A stretch of DNA of 32,717 nucleotides, taken from IMG/VR virus record IMGVR_UViG_3300032277_000044, positions 1 through 32,717 of that record; one strand, given 5' to 3'. Shown here one piece after another: positions 1 to 9,090 of the stretch (the first letter of the stretch is position 1; every line of letters begins with the position of its first letter). Source of the DNA: a virus. Lineage: Duplodnaviria; Caudoviricetes. A model generated the notes under the pieces. It searched no databases. It had not been told where the DNA came from and saw nothing but the letters and a program-made list of their open reading frames with translations. The position numbers and the translations under genes are program-made.

Positions 1-2
1 AG

Positions 3-755
3 AGGGATCAAGTCTTTGCATTCCTCAAAACGAATGGTGATACATGGTATTCGATTAAGATTGTTCGCATCGTTGGAACGACTGCGATCCTTGCCGAACC
101 TTTACCGCGTGAGATTGACTTAACAACCAGTGCAACGATTGAGTTTGCAATGTGGTATGTCACAGCATCTTCAGCGAATGTCACGGCGACGAGTGGAACT
201 TTTCAATACTTAGTCTCATACTCGTCAGACCGTGGACAAAACAATGTGTCTAAGTTGGATAAGGGAGTGATTAAAGTTACTCCTCGACCTTTCGACACAA
301 GTCTCGATCATGATTCTTTTGTGAATCGCTTTGCTCCACTTGCTGACATGATACCAAGGAGACAATCTGACTTTGCTCCTCAAATCAAAGCATCACTTGA
401 CGAACTATCATTGATGCTGAGAGATCGATTGTCCTCCTCGAATGTGACTGAAGATGAGATCTTCAATGCTGAAGCGTTTGAACTATGTCATGCATATTGC
501 ACAGCAGCTCGAATCTATGAAATGAATCTTCAGCTTGATGTTGCTGATGCAATGAGAGCTCGTTGTCTTGAGTTAATGGATTTAGCACTTCGATCAGTTG
601 ATCTTGATCTTGATGGAGATGGAGTGATTGACAGTGGTGAGATTGATCTTGAGAAACAAGGAGGGAAGTCAACTGACTTTCGTGCAAGTTGGAGTTCTTA
701 CAATAAGACTCAACATGACAAAGACTTCACACCATCGAGATCGATGAGGCATTAA
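3..755 (+). CDS. Putative head-tail adaptor/neck protein, 5'-truncated by the window edge
   Basis: The frame of ORF 150..755 is open back to nt 3 (RDQVFAFLKTNGDTWYSIKIVRIVG...), so the real start is upstream. It lies directly before the virion morphogenesis and tail genes and has a C-terminal DLDGDGVIDSGE motif. Confidence 0.55.
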   Translation, partial: RDQVFAFLKTNGDTWYSIKIVRIVGTTAILAEPLPREIDLTTSATIEFAMWYVTASSANVTATSGTFQYLVSYSSDRGQNNVSKLDKGVIKVTPRPFDTSLDHDSFVNRFAPLADMIPRRQSDFAPQIKASLDELSLMLRDRLSSSNVTEDEIFNAEAFELCHAYCTAARIYEMNLQLDVADAMRARCLELMDLALRSVDLDLDGDGVIDSGEIDLEKQGGKSTDFRASWSSYNKTQHDKDFTPSRSMRH

Positions 756-1276
756 TGTCAGTCAAGCTCAAGTTGAATCTTCCTCGAAGTGTCTGGTCGG
801 CAAAGGATACAAAGACCGTTGCATTGAATACCGTTGCAACTGTCAAGCGTCGCACCATGAAAGGCCTATCTTCTAATGGTGGGAAGTTCAAGAAGTATTC
901 AAGAGAACCGATGTATGTATCCTTTAAAGGTGCTCGACTTAAGCCCAAGGGAGGAACAAGAGTATCTCGAACAGGTGCGTCGATTTATTACGCCGGTGGT
1001 TATCAACAATATAAACATGATTCAAGAAAGCGACAAGGAGGACAAGGGAAGACAGCTGAAGTTGATCTCGTTCTAAGTGGTCAATTGATGAACAACCTCG
1101 TCGTTCTTGAAGCAACTGATACTCGTTTCAGAATCGGATTGACAAAGCATGTTCAACATTATGGATATGAAGTTCATAAGGTTCGACCATTCATCGGATT
1201 GACTGATGATGAAATCAATATTCTTGTCAATGCCGTTGCTTTTGATATATCAAAAAAGTTAGGTAGGAAAGTATGA
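755..1276 (+). CDS. Phage virion morphogenesis / neck (tail completion) protein, Mu gpG-like
   Basis: Basic protein with DLVLSGQLMNNL and a C-terminal RPFIGLTDDE motif typical of this family. TAATG overlap with the previous gene and a neck-module position. Confidence 0.7.
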   Translation: MSVKLKLNLPRSVWSAKDTKTVALNTVATVKRRTMKGLSSNGGKFKKYSREPMYVSFKGARLKPKGGTRVSRTGASIYYAGGYQQYKHDSRKRQGGQGKTAEVDLVLSGQLMNNLVVLEATDTRFRIGLTKHVQHYGYEVHKVRPFIGLTDDEINILVNAVAFDISKKLGRKV

Positions 1277-1737
1277 GTCGAGGAATCTTTAAAGGTTTAA
1301 TGAAGATCAAAGACATGATCGAAGCTATTGAACCGAAGACAGACATTCACCAAGGATTTGTTTGTGTCAATGATGGGACTGGTCTTGTATCTCCATTGAA
1401 TACAAGATTTCAAAGTCAAAGGCAGTTTGCTCTTGAGGTTGTCAGTCTTGCCATGGACGATGGAAGCGCGGGGCTGAGTGGGAGAAAACGAGTTACAATT
1501 GAAATTCATGTGAGATATGCAGTTCCGAAAGAGGAAGGCTTTAAGATTCGCATGATGACAGAAGACTCGGGGAAGTTGATTGATACAATCAAAGGCCCTC
1601 AATATGATTTTAATACAACGGGGATCGTGTCAGTGATACCATTACAAGCAAGAGCTGAATTGATTACTGATGATACAGGTGAAACGCTTGGTCATCTCCT
1701 TGTTGTTCCTTTCGATTTGCTTTATTTGGAGGCATAA
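1273..1737 (+). CDS. Putative tail terminator/tail completion protein
   Basis: 154 aa, directly upstream of the major tail gene, ATGA-coupled. Assigned by synteny only. Confidence 0.5.
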   Translation: MSRGIFKGLMKIKDMIEAIEPKTDIHQGFVCVNDGTGLVSPLNTRFQSQRQFALEVVSLAMDDGSAGLSGRKRVTIEIHVRYAVPKEEGFKIRMMTEDSGKLIDTIKGPQYDFNTTGIVSVIPLQARAELITDDTGETLGHLLVVPFDLLYLEA

Positions 1738-1740
1738 AAA

Positions 1741-3045
1741 ATGAGTGTTACACATAGAAGTTTAAGCGTTGCAATTGAATCGGCATTTGGTTCATTGTCT
1801 ACAACTACAAATCTTCCTGATAATTCGGGATATACTTATGTATCAATTCCTTGTGAACGTGATCCTATTTTGATTTATGGTGATATCGTAGCAAGTGAGA
1901 GAAATGATGCAAAAGATGGCTCTTATCTTGTGCCACCTGAACCCGATACTGTTTGGAGTGGTGGCAATAGAGTTCGTCGAAGAACTGGACAAGTGAACTT
2001 AAGAGTTGACTTGACGACCATCGGATCAAGCCCAAGTAATTATAATACTAATTATCTCGGTATGCTTCTTGGTGCAGGATTCCTAACTCAAGTTAATGGT
2101 GTTGCAAGTGTTGCCGCTTCGGGCGTTACTGATGTTAATAATTTCGCAGCTTCGGGATATGCAGCAACTGACATCGGAACATTGATCTCATCAATCGTAA
2201 ATGGAGCCGTCGAGTATAGTGCAATCACTGAAGTTGATGGTACTGATATAAGTGTGTCACCTGCATTCTCAGCAGGATTCACAGCAAGCACTCCAAGTCT
2301 CAGAGGGACTCAAACATGGTATCCCGGATCAAGAACGCAAACAGGAACACGAACGAATTCATTGACTTTCCGTGTTGATGGAGTGAACTTCAGATCATAT
2401 GCTTATGGATGTGTTCTTGAAAGTCTGGCCATTAGTCTTGATAATGGTCGCCTGATGGCTGACTTCACATATCAATCAGCATTAATTCAAGATGATCATA
2501 CAAGTGCAGTCGGCCCAATCGAGCCAACGTACAACGCAGGCGCTCCTCCTTTCTTCAGAAACTCATATGTTGTCATTAGTGGTGGATCACCTTCATCATT
2601 AACAAATGCAACTTCAGCCGATGAGCTTTCAAGAATCGCTGTCGACTGTGAAGACTTCTCATTGACTGTCACTAATACATTGACTCCACTTGGTCATTCA
2701 GAATCAATCCTTGCAATGTCTGATATGGAGATCACTGATTTGAATGTCGAGTTGACTTTGACATTGTCGACTGTAAATACAACAATTGCGAATGATTATT
2801 TCAACAGAACCGTTCGTCAAGTGTTAATAGGAACAGGCCCCTCAGCTGATGGCGAAGGTTGTGCAATCATGATTCCTGCTGCTCAACTTGCAAACGATCC
2901 GTCAAAATATGATGTCAGTGGAAATGATATTGTTCGTCAGACTCTGACTTATAATCAATCTCGATATGCAGGAGATGTCAATAGTGGAGCGGCTTATGAA
3001 TCAAATGCAGGATGCTCACCGTTCAGAATCGCTTTAGGATTGTAA
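1741..3045 (+). CDS. Major tail (tube) protein
   Basis: 434 aa, S/T/G-rich. GGAGG RBS. Sits between the neck genes and the tail chaperone/tape measure. The C-terminal half has the alternating beta-strand pattern of tube proteins (FSLTVTNTL, VELTLTL). Confidence 0.7.
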   Translation: MSVTHRSLSVAIESAFGSLSTTTNLPDNSGYTYVSIPCERDPILIYGDIVASERNDAKDGSYLVPPEPDTVWSGGNRVRRRTGQVNLRVDLTTIGSSPSNYNTNYLGMLLGAGFLTQVNGVASVAASGVTDVNNFAASGYAATDIGTLISSIVNGAVEYSAITEVDGTDISVSPAFSAGFTASTPSLRGTQTWYPGSRTQTGTRTNSLTFRVDGVNFRSYAYGCVLESLAISLDNGRLMADFTYQSALIQDDHTSAVGPIEPTYNAGAPPFFRNSYVVISGGSPSSLTNATSADELSRIAVDCEDFSLTVTNTLTPLGHSESILAMSDMEITDLNVELTLTLSTVNTTIANDYFNRTVRQVLIGTGPSADGEGCAIMIPAAQLANDPSKYDVSGNDIVRQTLTYNQSRYAGDVNSGAAYESNAGCSPFRIALGL

Positions 3046-3046
3046 T

Positions 3047-3559
3047 ATGGCTATTAACTTTTTGACTTCGACAGAATCTACTTTTGACATTGTGATCAGT
3101 GCTGATGACTCAGTGACTTGCGACAGTGAGCAATATAATAAATATATGAACACTGGCGACATGAGTGTTCTTGAAGAAGTCAAAGAGGATGCCACGATAT
3201 TCACAATCAAACCACTTGGCCCAAGTGAACGAGAGCAAGCAGAGATTCGAGCAGGTGCATATTCAAGATCTGAACTGGGTCGACTGCTTTGGATTGAAGC
3301 ACCAACTGACAAGAATGATAAAGCTCGTTGGCATCATGCGCTCCCAATCGATGAGCGTGAAGCATACGCAGACTATGAATCATATATCTCTCGAGTATAT
3401 ATTGAAATGATTCGAGAGTCCCTCGTGTCAATCAATGGAGAACCAAGTAATGTCGATATGATTCAAAGGATCAGGCCGGACTCGATGAGGATTGCAACAA
3501 TCACAGAATTAGTATTGCATATTCAAAGATCATCGTTAGTTGGTGACTCGGGAAAATAG
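3047..3559 (+). CDS. Tail assembly chaperone (gpG-like, short form)
   Basis: Acidic 170-aa ORF between tail tube and tape measure, ending in the slippery heptamer G GGA AAA immediately before TAG. Confidence 0.8.
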   Translation: MAINFLTSTESTFDIVISADDSVTCDSEQYNKYMNTGDMSVLEEVKEDATIFTIKPLGPSEREQAEIRAGAYSRSELGRLLWIEAPTDKNDKARWHHALPIDEREAYADYESYISRVYIEMIRESLVSINGEPSNVDMIQRIRPDSMRIATITELVLHIQRSSLVGDSGK

Positions 3560-3969
3560 CTCTCGCTTCCTCCATATGGATCCCTTTCAGCAAGGGGTGG
3601 GGGTGGGATTGCTCACAATGTCAATCGAACAAAGACTTGAGACGACGACGAGGAAATTGCGGTGGGCCTTTCAAAGCAGGATTAAGACAGACTCAAAAAG
3701 ATGAGCATGGATTGTATATGCCAGGATACAGGATTGCGCCCAATTCAGGTGAAGCGTACTCTGATCTTAAAATCAGATCTTGCCCTATTGCAGACATGAA
3801 TCGAGTGGCTTCAATCATCACGAATTATAATCGAATCAAAACAGGATTGATTGAAATGAAAGACATCTATCCTCGTCCCACATGTGCAATCATTGAAAGT
3901 CTTGAGATAATAGAATATAATCAAAATCAAATGATTGCACGTCAACACGAGCAACACATGAAGGAGTAA
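3047..3969 (+). CDS. Tail assembly chaperone, -1 frameshift-extended form (gpGT-like, about 307 aa)
   Basis: The -1 frame opens after TGA at 3544-3546 and runs without a stop to 3969, containing ORF 3637..3969. The junction reads ...GDSGK/IALASSIWIPFSKGWGWDCSQC... Confidence 0.85.
3550..3556 (+). other. Programmed -1 ribosomal frameshift site GGGAAAA
   Basis: X XXY YYZ heptamer in the correct phase, inside the short overlap of the two frames, at the conserved position upstream of the tape measure gene. Confidence 0.85.
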
Positions 3970-3974
3970 ATCCC

Positions 3975-6062
3975 ATGGCTAATGGTGGAACAATAGAGAT
4001 TGATGTTGAGCTAACAGGGACGAAAGACATCAGAGAGGGATTCAGTGAAATCGGTAATGCAGGTAAAGCACTTACTGAAACCATGGGAGCGACAAATGAG
4101 AAACTCGGTGAAGGTTTAGCCGGTGTAGGAGAGTCAGTCTTTGGACTTGTTGATTCGTTTGGAGAGTTAAAAACAGGAATCTCCAATGTTGGTCAAACAG
4201 GAGTCAAAGGATTCATGTCTTTATTGGGCCCAATTGGAATGCTTGTCACGGCAGGATTTGCATTATTTGAAACATTTAAAATGATCTCGGGAGCAGCTCA
4301 AGAAGCCGAAGAGAATCAAAGTGCAATGGCGGCGGCCGCAGGTGATCTGCAAAGTAAGCTTGAAGCACTCGCTGAAAAGGGTGTGATTCCTGCTTCAAAG
4401 GAAATGAAAACCTTTGCTCTTAATACGCTTCAATCGCAATTTGCAAAAGAAAAGTTACAATTTGCAACCGAAAAACTTAATAAGAAATTTGCTGAATTAA
4501 GGGATGCACAAGAGGAAGTAAACCGATCACAAGGTAAAGGAATTAAGATCACTCAAGAGAATGCAAGACAGATTATTGATAGTGCAAACGCTTCAAGAGA
4601 AGCACAAGAAAGACTTGCAAAGGCTAATAAAGCAGTCAATGAATCTTATGAACAGTTTGCAGATCAACAAAAGATTGTTGAAGAAGGTCTTGAAAGAGAT
4701 GCAAAGCACTATAAGACACTTGAAGAAAGTTCAGCTGAATTCTTAAGTACTAAAGTAAAAGAAAACCTTCAAAGACTGAAAACTCTTACTATAAGAGATC
4801 AAGAAATCGTTCAGTCCGAAGAAAGTTTAAAGCTAGTAACAATTGAAATTGAGAAGGCTATAGAACTACAATTAATTAAAGCAAAAAATAATGAAGAAGA
4901 TAAGAAAGCACTTGCAAAACAAAATGCTGAGATTGAGAAAAGGATTGCAACATTCAATGAAGTTGAACTCGCTGAACAAAAAGCAATAATCGAGACTGAC
5001 AAAGTACATGCTGAGATTGAAAAGAAGCGAAGATCAAGAATTGCAGATAGAAGACAGAATGCAGAAAAAGCAAGGCGAGAAGCTGAAGCAGCATCCCAAA
5101 GAATGAAGCGTTTAGAGCTTCAACGATTTGCAGAAAGTGCGAGAATCTCTCAACTTAGAATAGAATCTGAAGAAGACTCAACATTAAAACAAATCAAGTT
5201 AGCAAGACACAGATATGACACAACAAAAAAACTTGCTAAGAACAACCTAAACCAACAACTTATCGCAAGGCTTTCATTTCAGAATGAAGTCACAGCAATA
5301 AATCGACAAGCTGAACAAAAACGACTTCAAGAAGAAAGACAGATCGAAGAACAAAGAAAGTCGTTTGCACTTGAAACATTAAACTTTAATATTCAGCAAA
5401 TCGAAGACCAGACGCAAAGAGAATTGTTAATGTTGCAAGTTCAGTATGATGAAAGACTGAAGCTAGCAAAAGATAATGAAGAACAAAAACAAGAATTACA
5501 AAGACGATTCTCGATTGACTTCTTGAAGACTTTAAATCGTGAGACTGATGAGATGCAACAAAAGTTCAAAGATATGTTTGCAAATATGGGTAAAGGATTT
5601 GCTGAAGCCGCTGTCGCTTCAATGCTAATGGGAGAATCCTTCAAGAATGGAATTGCTTTAGTTTTGCAAGGTCTAGCAAAGCAAGCCGGTGTCGAGTCAC
5701 TCATGGAGACGGCAAAAGGAATCGCGGCTTTATTTATCAATCCTGCCGGAGCGGCAAATCACTTTGCGGCCGCCGGTGCTTTTGGTACTGCGGCACTTGC
5801 TGCCGGTGCTGCTTCAAGTGCTCTCGGTGGTGGAGGTGGTGGTGGTGTTGGTGGAGGTGGTGGTGGTGGAATGTCACCAAGTGGCTCACCTCAAACATCA
5901 TCAATGATGCAACGAGAAGAAGCGACAAGTTCGAGCATGGTTTTTAATGTGAACTTTTCCGGTGCCGTTGTGTATGATACAAAAAGAGCAGCTGAACAAG
6001 CGTTGACTGATCGTGTTGTAAAGACTATGAGATCGAAACGAAGAGGAGCACCAAGAATATGA
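3975..6062 (+). CDS. Tail tape measure protein
   Basis: 695 aa; N-terminal IEIDVEL motif, long E/K/Q/A coiled coil, hydrophobic Ala/Gly segments near both ends, poly-Gly tract. AAGGAG RBS; follows the frameshifted chaperone. Confidence 0.85.
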   Translation: MANGGTIEIDVELTGTKDIREGFSEIGNAGKALTETMGATNEKLGEGLAGVGESVFGLVDSFGELKTGISNVGQTGVKGFMSLLGPIGMLVTAGFALFETFKMISGAAQEAEENQSAMAAAAGDLQSKLEALAEKGVIPASKEMKTFALNTLQSQFAKEKLQFATEKLNKKFAELRDAQEEVNRSQGKGIKITQENARQIIDSANASREAQERLAKANKAVNESYEQFADQQKIVEEGLERDAKHYKTLEESSAEFLSTKVKENLQRLKTLTIRDQEIVQSEESLKLVTIEIEKAIELQLIKAKNNEEDKKALAKQNAEIEKRIATFNEVELAEQKAIIETDKVHAEIEKKRRSRIADRRQNAEKARREAEAASQRMKRLELQRFAESARISQLRIESEEDSTLKQIKLARHRYDTTKKLAKNNLNQQLIARLSFQNEVTAINRQAEQKRLQEERQIEEQRKSFALETLNFNIQQIEDQTQRELLMLQVQYDERLKLAKDNEEQKQELQRRFSIDFLKTLNRETDEMQQKFKDMFANMGKGFAEAAVASMLMGESFKNGIALVLQGLAKQAGVESLMETAKGIAALFINPAGAANHFAAAGAFGTAALAAGAASSALGGGGGGGVGGGGGGGMSPSGSPQTSSMMQREEATSSSMVFNVNFSGAVVYDTKRAAEQALTDRVVKTMRSKRRGAPRI

Positions 6063-7270
6063 ATCCATCTCCATCTCCTAATTTTGCTTTATTGGCAAGC
6101 ACTGACTTTTCTCAAATCAATAGCAAGCCCCTTGTTCGTGGAGCAACTGCTATTGATGGATTATGGTTGTCAGACTATGAAGACATGATCAGCTTTTTAA
6201 ATGGTCGAGGTATGGCGAACGGTAAGAATCTACCTGACTCCTTACTCGCACTCTCGAACTTTGGTACTAATTGGCACATTGGAATAAATGCAAATGATAA
6301 GATCGAGATAAGTTCAACTCATGCATTTAGAATACGTTTTGATCCTGCTTCAGCTTTTGTTAATGATACCGACGTTTTAGGCATCGGGACAAATTGGGTC
6401 TTGTATGATGGATCGGCAACAATTGGATCTCCTCTTTTATCTTTTAAAGCAACTGCTCCTTCGGAATGGTTGAGAGGTGAAATCATATCATTCTCATATG
6501 AGATTGAAGAAGTCGGATCGGGGAGCGGTGCTTTTCTTTTTAACTTCTCAGGAGGATCACAAGATCTCATTGTTGCATGTCGTGAACGTGGCAATGGTGA
6601 CATTGATGATCTTAATAGTGGAACGCTTGAAGGGGCTGATGTAACTGCAACGAGTGGGGATACTCGATGGTATATTAATAATGATGGTCATGTTGTGAAC
6701 TCAAGTATTGGGATCACTGCGTTGACTTGGAATGATACATCATTCAGAAACTTCCTTGGATTCACTGGTGACGAGTCATCAACCTCGGTGAATGGGTATA
6801 CAGTATTAACTGCAACTTATCCATGTGAAGCCGTCCTTGTTCCATCTCGACCATATCAACAAAACCACATTAGCACAGAGAATGCATCTCAATCTCGTCG
6901 TAAGATTGGAGGAGGGTATACAAGTAATTATGTTGGAACATATAACACGACTGTTCTTGGTTTTGATCTTGACGCTAATCTTGATCTGATAAACCTTTAT
7001 CAACACTTCATTCACAAGTTTATCAATCATGCTTCCAAAGGCGAACGAGTAAACTTCTATCAAGTATGGGGAGACTCGAGACGCTCTTTGATATCATCTG
7101 ATGTTAATGCTGATCAGCCGGCACATGATTTGATTTATACAAGTTCGAGGAATGGATTCGAGGGAAGGATTCGAGGTTGCATGATCACAACGGAATTCAA
7201 TTTGATGTTCCCAAATAACATGAGAAGACGTGTACCAGTGAACATGAGAATCGAGCATTTAAATGAGTAA
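6059..7270 (+). CDS. Putative tail tip / distal tail protein
   Basis: 403 aa, first gene after the tape measure, ATGA-coupled. Assigned by synteny only. Confidence 0.5.
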   Translation: MNPSPSPNFALLASTDFSQINSKPLVRGATAIDGLWLSDYEDMISFLNGRGMANGKNLPDSLLALSNFGTNWHIGINANDKIEISSTHAFRIRFDPASAFVNDTDVLGIGTNWVLYDGSATIGSPLLSFKATAPSEWLRGEIISFSYEIEEVGSGSGAFLFNFSGGSQDLIVACRERGNGDIDDLNSGTLEGADVTATSGDTRWYINNDGHVVNSSIGITALTWNDTSFRNFLGFTGDESSTSVNGYTVLTATYPCEAVLVPSRPYQQNHISTENASQSRRKIGGGYTSNYVGTYNTTVLGFDLDANLDLINLYQHFIHKFINHASKGERVNFYQVWGDSRRSLISSDVNADQPAHDLIYTSSRNGFEGRIRGCMITTEFNLMFPNNMRRRVPVNMRIEHLNE

Positions 7271-8384
7271 CTCGTATAATGCAACAACAATCCTTTCTGA
7301 TCCTGCTTCAACTGTGGCAGGAAGACAAGTCACATTGTCGACTCCTGAAAGGATGGCGAACGGGATCAACTTTGCTTTTGCCACTGGCAATTGTGAGAAT
7401 GTAATCTCTCAAGCTTTTGCTGATCGTTGTTTTATTACAAGTGCTTCTTCATATACTGAAATGGCAGAATGGAGAGTTCCTCTTGTTTCATTGGATCATG
7501 ATGAGATTGAATACATTGTCAATTATCGAACTCATGGATCGGGGTCGGGTTGTAATATTCGATTTACAATTGATGTCAATGGAACAACTGTCACGTCAAT
7601 CTTGAGTCTGAGTTCGACAACAAATGCATTTGCAAATAATAATGCTGTCATTACTTTTCCAGTTGGCAATCATTACTATGCAACTGTCACCATGGAGATT
7701 GAAACTGGATCAGGTGCAGAAGTCGAGATCTTCTCAGTGATGGGATATTTCAAAAGAATCATTTCACCGATTCCAGTTGGACAAAAGAATCAATATGATG
7801 CATCAACTTTCGTGACTCCATTCGGAACAACTCGAACGACTGTCAATAATGCATTTACATCTCGCTTTGCTCACAACATGATTGATGATATTGGTGAGTT
7901 AAGAAAACGTTTTAGATCGTTATTGAGTTGGTCGGGAGTATATAATACAAGTTCATCGCTTTATCCAAACGCTGAAGACGCTGCCACAAGTCAGATATAT
8001 ATCGGAGTCGGTGACATCAATTCTCTTTTTGCTTATCCACTATTACCAAGTGGATTCGAAAACTTGAGCTTTGATAAATTAGAGCTTCATGTCAAAGCAA
8101 TTGGAGATGTTGACTTTACATTCTTTGGTCAATCACTCAGCATCAATCAAGCGAGTGATACAACCGTTGGATGGCATGTATTCGACTTAGAGATTGACAA
8201 TGGAGAGCTTTCAACCGTTGGAGATACAAGACTTCCATATTATAAAGCAACCTTCGACGCAACGAATGAGAATCAAGATAATCTTGTATCACTTTCAAAC
8301 GCTCGTTCTCAAAGATATCCACCTGCTTCGAGTGGAACAGGTACAGCAAACACAATCATTGCATTGACGCTGATCGGAGTGTGA
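7263..8384 (+). CDS. Putative tail tip structural protein
   Basis: 373 aa, S/T-rich and beta-rich, within the tail operon. Confidence 0.45.
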   Translation: MSNSYNATTILSDPASTVAGRQVTLSTPERMANGINFAFATGNCENVISQAFADRCFITSASSYTEMAEWRVPLVSLDHDEIEYIVNYRTHGSGSGCNIRFTIDVNGTTVTSILSLSSTTNAFANNNAVITFPVGNHYYATVTMEIETGSGAEVEIFSVMGYFKRIISPIPVGQKNQYDASTFVTPFGTTRTTVNNAFTSRFAHNMIDDIGELRKRFRSLLSWSGVYNTSSSLYPNAEDAATSQIYIGVGDINSLFAYPLLPSGFENLSFDKLELHVKAIGDVDFTFFGQSLSINQASDTTVGWHVFDLEIDNGELSTVGDTRLPYYKATFDATNENQDNLVSLSNARSQRYPPASSGTGTANTIIALTLIGV

Positions 8385-8385
8385 T

Positions 8386-9090
8386 ATGTTAATCTCAACG
8401 GCTCTCAGTTTACTTCCTCAAAAGTCATCATGTAATAATGGTCAAGTACTATTTGGTTCAGCAGTATCATCAATGTCAAATGCATTGAATCAATTGAATT
8501 ATGTCAAGTTCTTGAATCGAACTAACTATCCAATTATGAGATCTGCTTATTCATACGCTCATATCGTCAACGGTCGAAATTATATGAATACAAGGATCGC
8601 TGAATCTGATGGACGAATCAATAAAGGACACACTGAAAGTCACAAGTTGATCTCAGCGACTCGACTTGTATCTGACTGGATTGGGATCATTGCACAATAT
8701 GAAAGCGGCACCACTGGACAAGATGCAGGTAGTTCAGAATTCTCTCCTGTCATCGATGTTGAAATAGGGCTGCTCATTGACTCGGGTTCGGGATATTCAC
8801 AAGTCGCCGTTGTCGACTATGGTATTCGATTTAACTCAGCAGATAGCATGATGCTTACTTCAGAAACATCAACTCAATACTCTCAAAACTTCATGATTGA
8901 TTCGGGTTATATCATACCTTCAGCCGTTCCAACAAATGTCAGTCCTGAAGCTCCTCGTCCTTTATATATTCCCAATACAGTTGGATCATATCAAGCCAGA
9001 GGGGAGAGGATGGTTTTTAATATTTCATGCTCTGATTGCAAGTTGAAATCATTTACAACATTTGATCTTTATCGAGCGGATTTATCATGA
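8386..9090 (+). CDS. Putative tail tip structural protein
   Basis: 234 aa, within the tail operon and tightly packed against its neighbours. Confidence 0.4.
   Translation: MLISTALSLLPQKSSCNNGQVLFGSAVSSMSNALNQLNYVKFLNRTNYPIMRSAYSYAHIVNGRNYMNTRIAESDGRINKGHTESHKLISATRLVSDWIGIIAQYESGTTGQDAGSSEFSPVIDVEIGLLIDSGSGYSQVAVVDYGIRFNSADSMMLTSETSTQYSQNFMIDSGYIIPSAVPTNVSPEAPRPLYIPNTVGSYQARGERMVFNISCSDCKLKSFTTFDLYRADLS

Noticed and set aside
3637-3969. Independent 110-aa gene
   Set aside because: TTG start without a clear RBS, and the frame is open back to the slippery site, so it is better explained as the frameshift extension.
5737-5928. His-rich minus-strand ORF
   Set aside because: It is the antisense shadow of the GGT poly-Gly tract in the tape measure gene.
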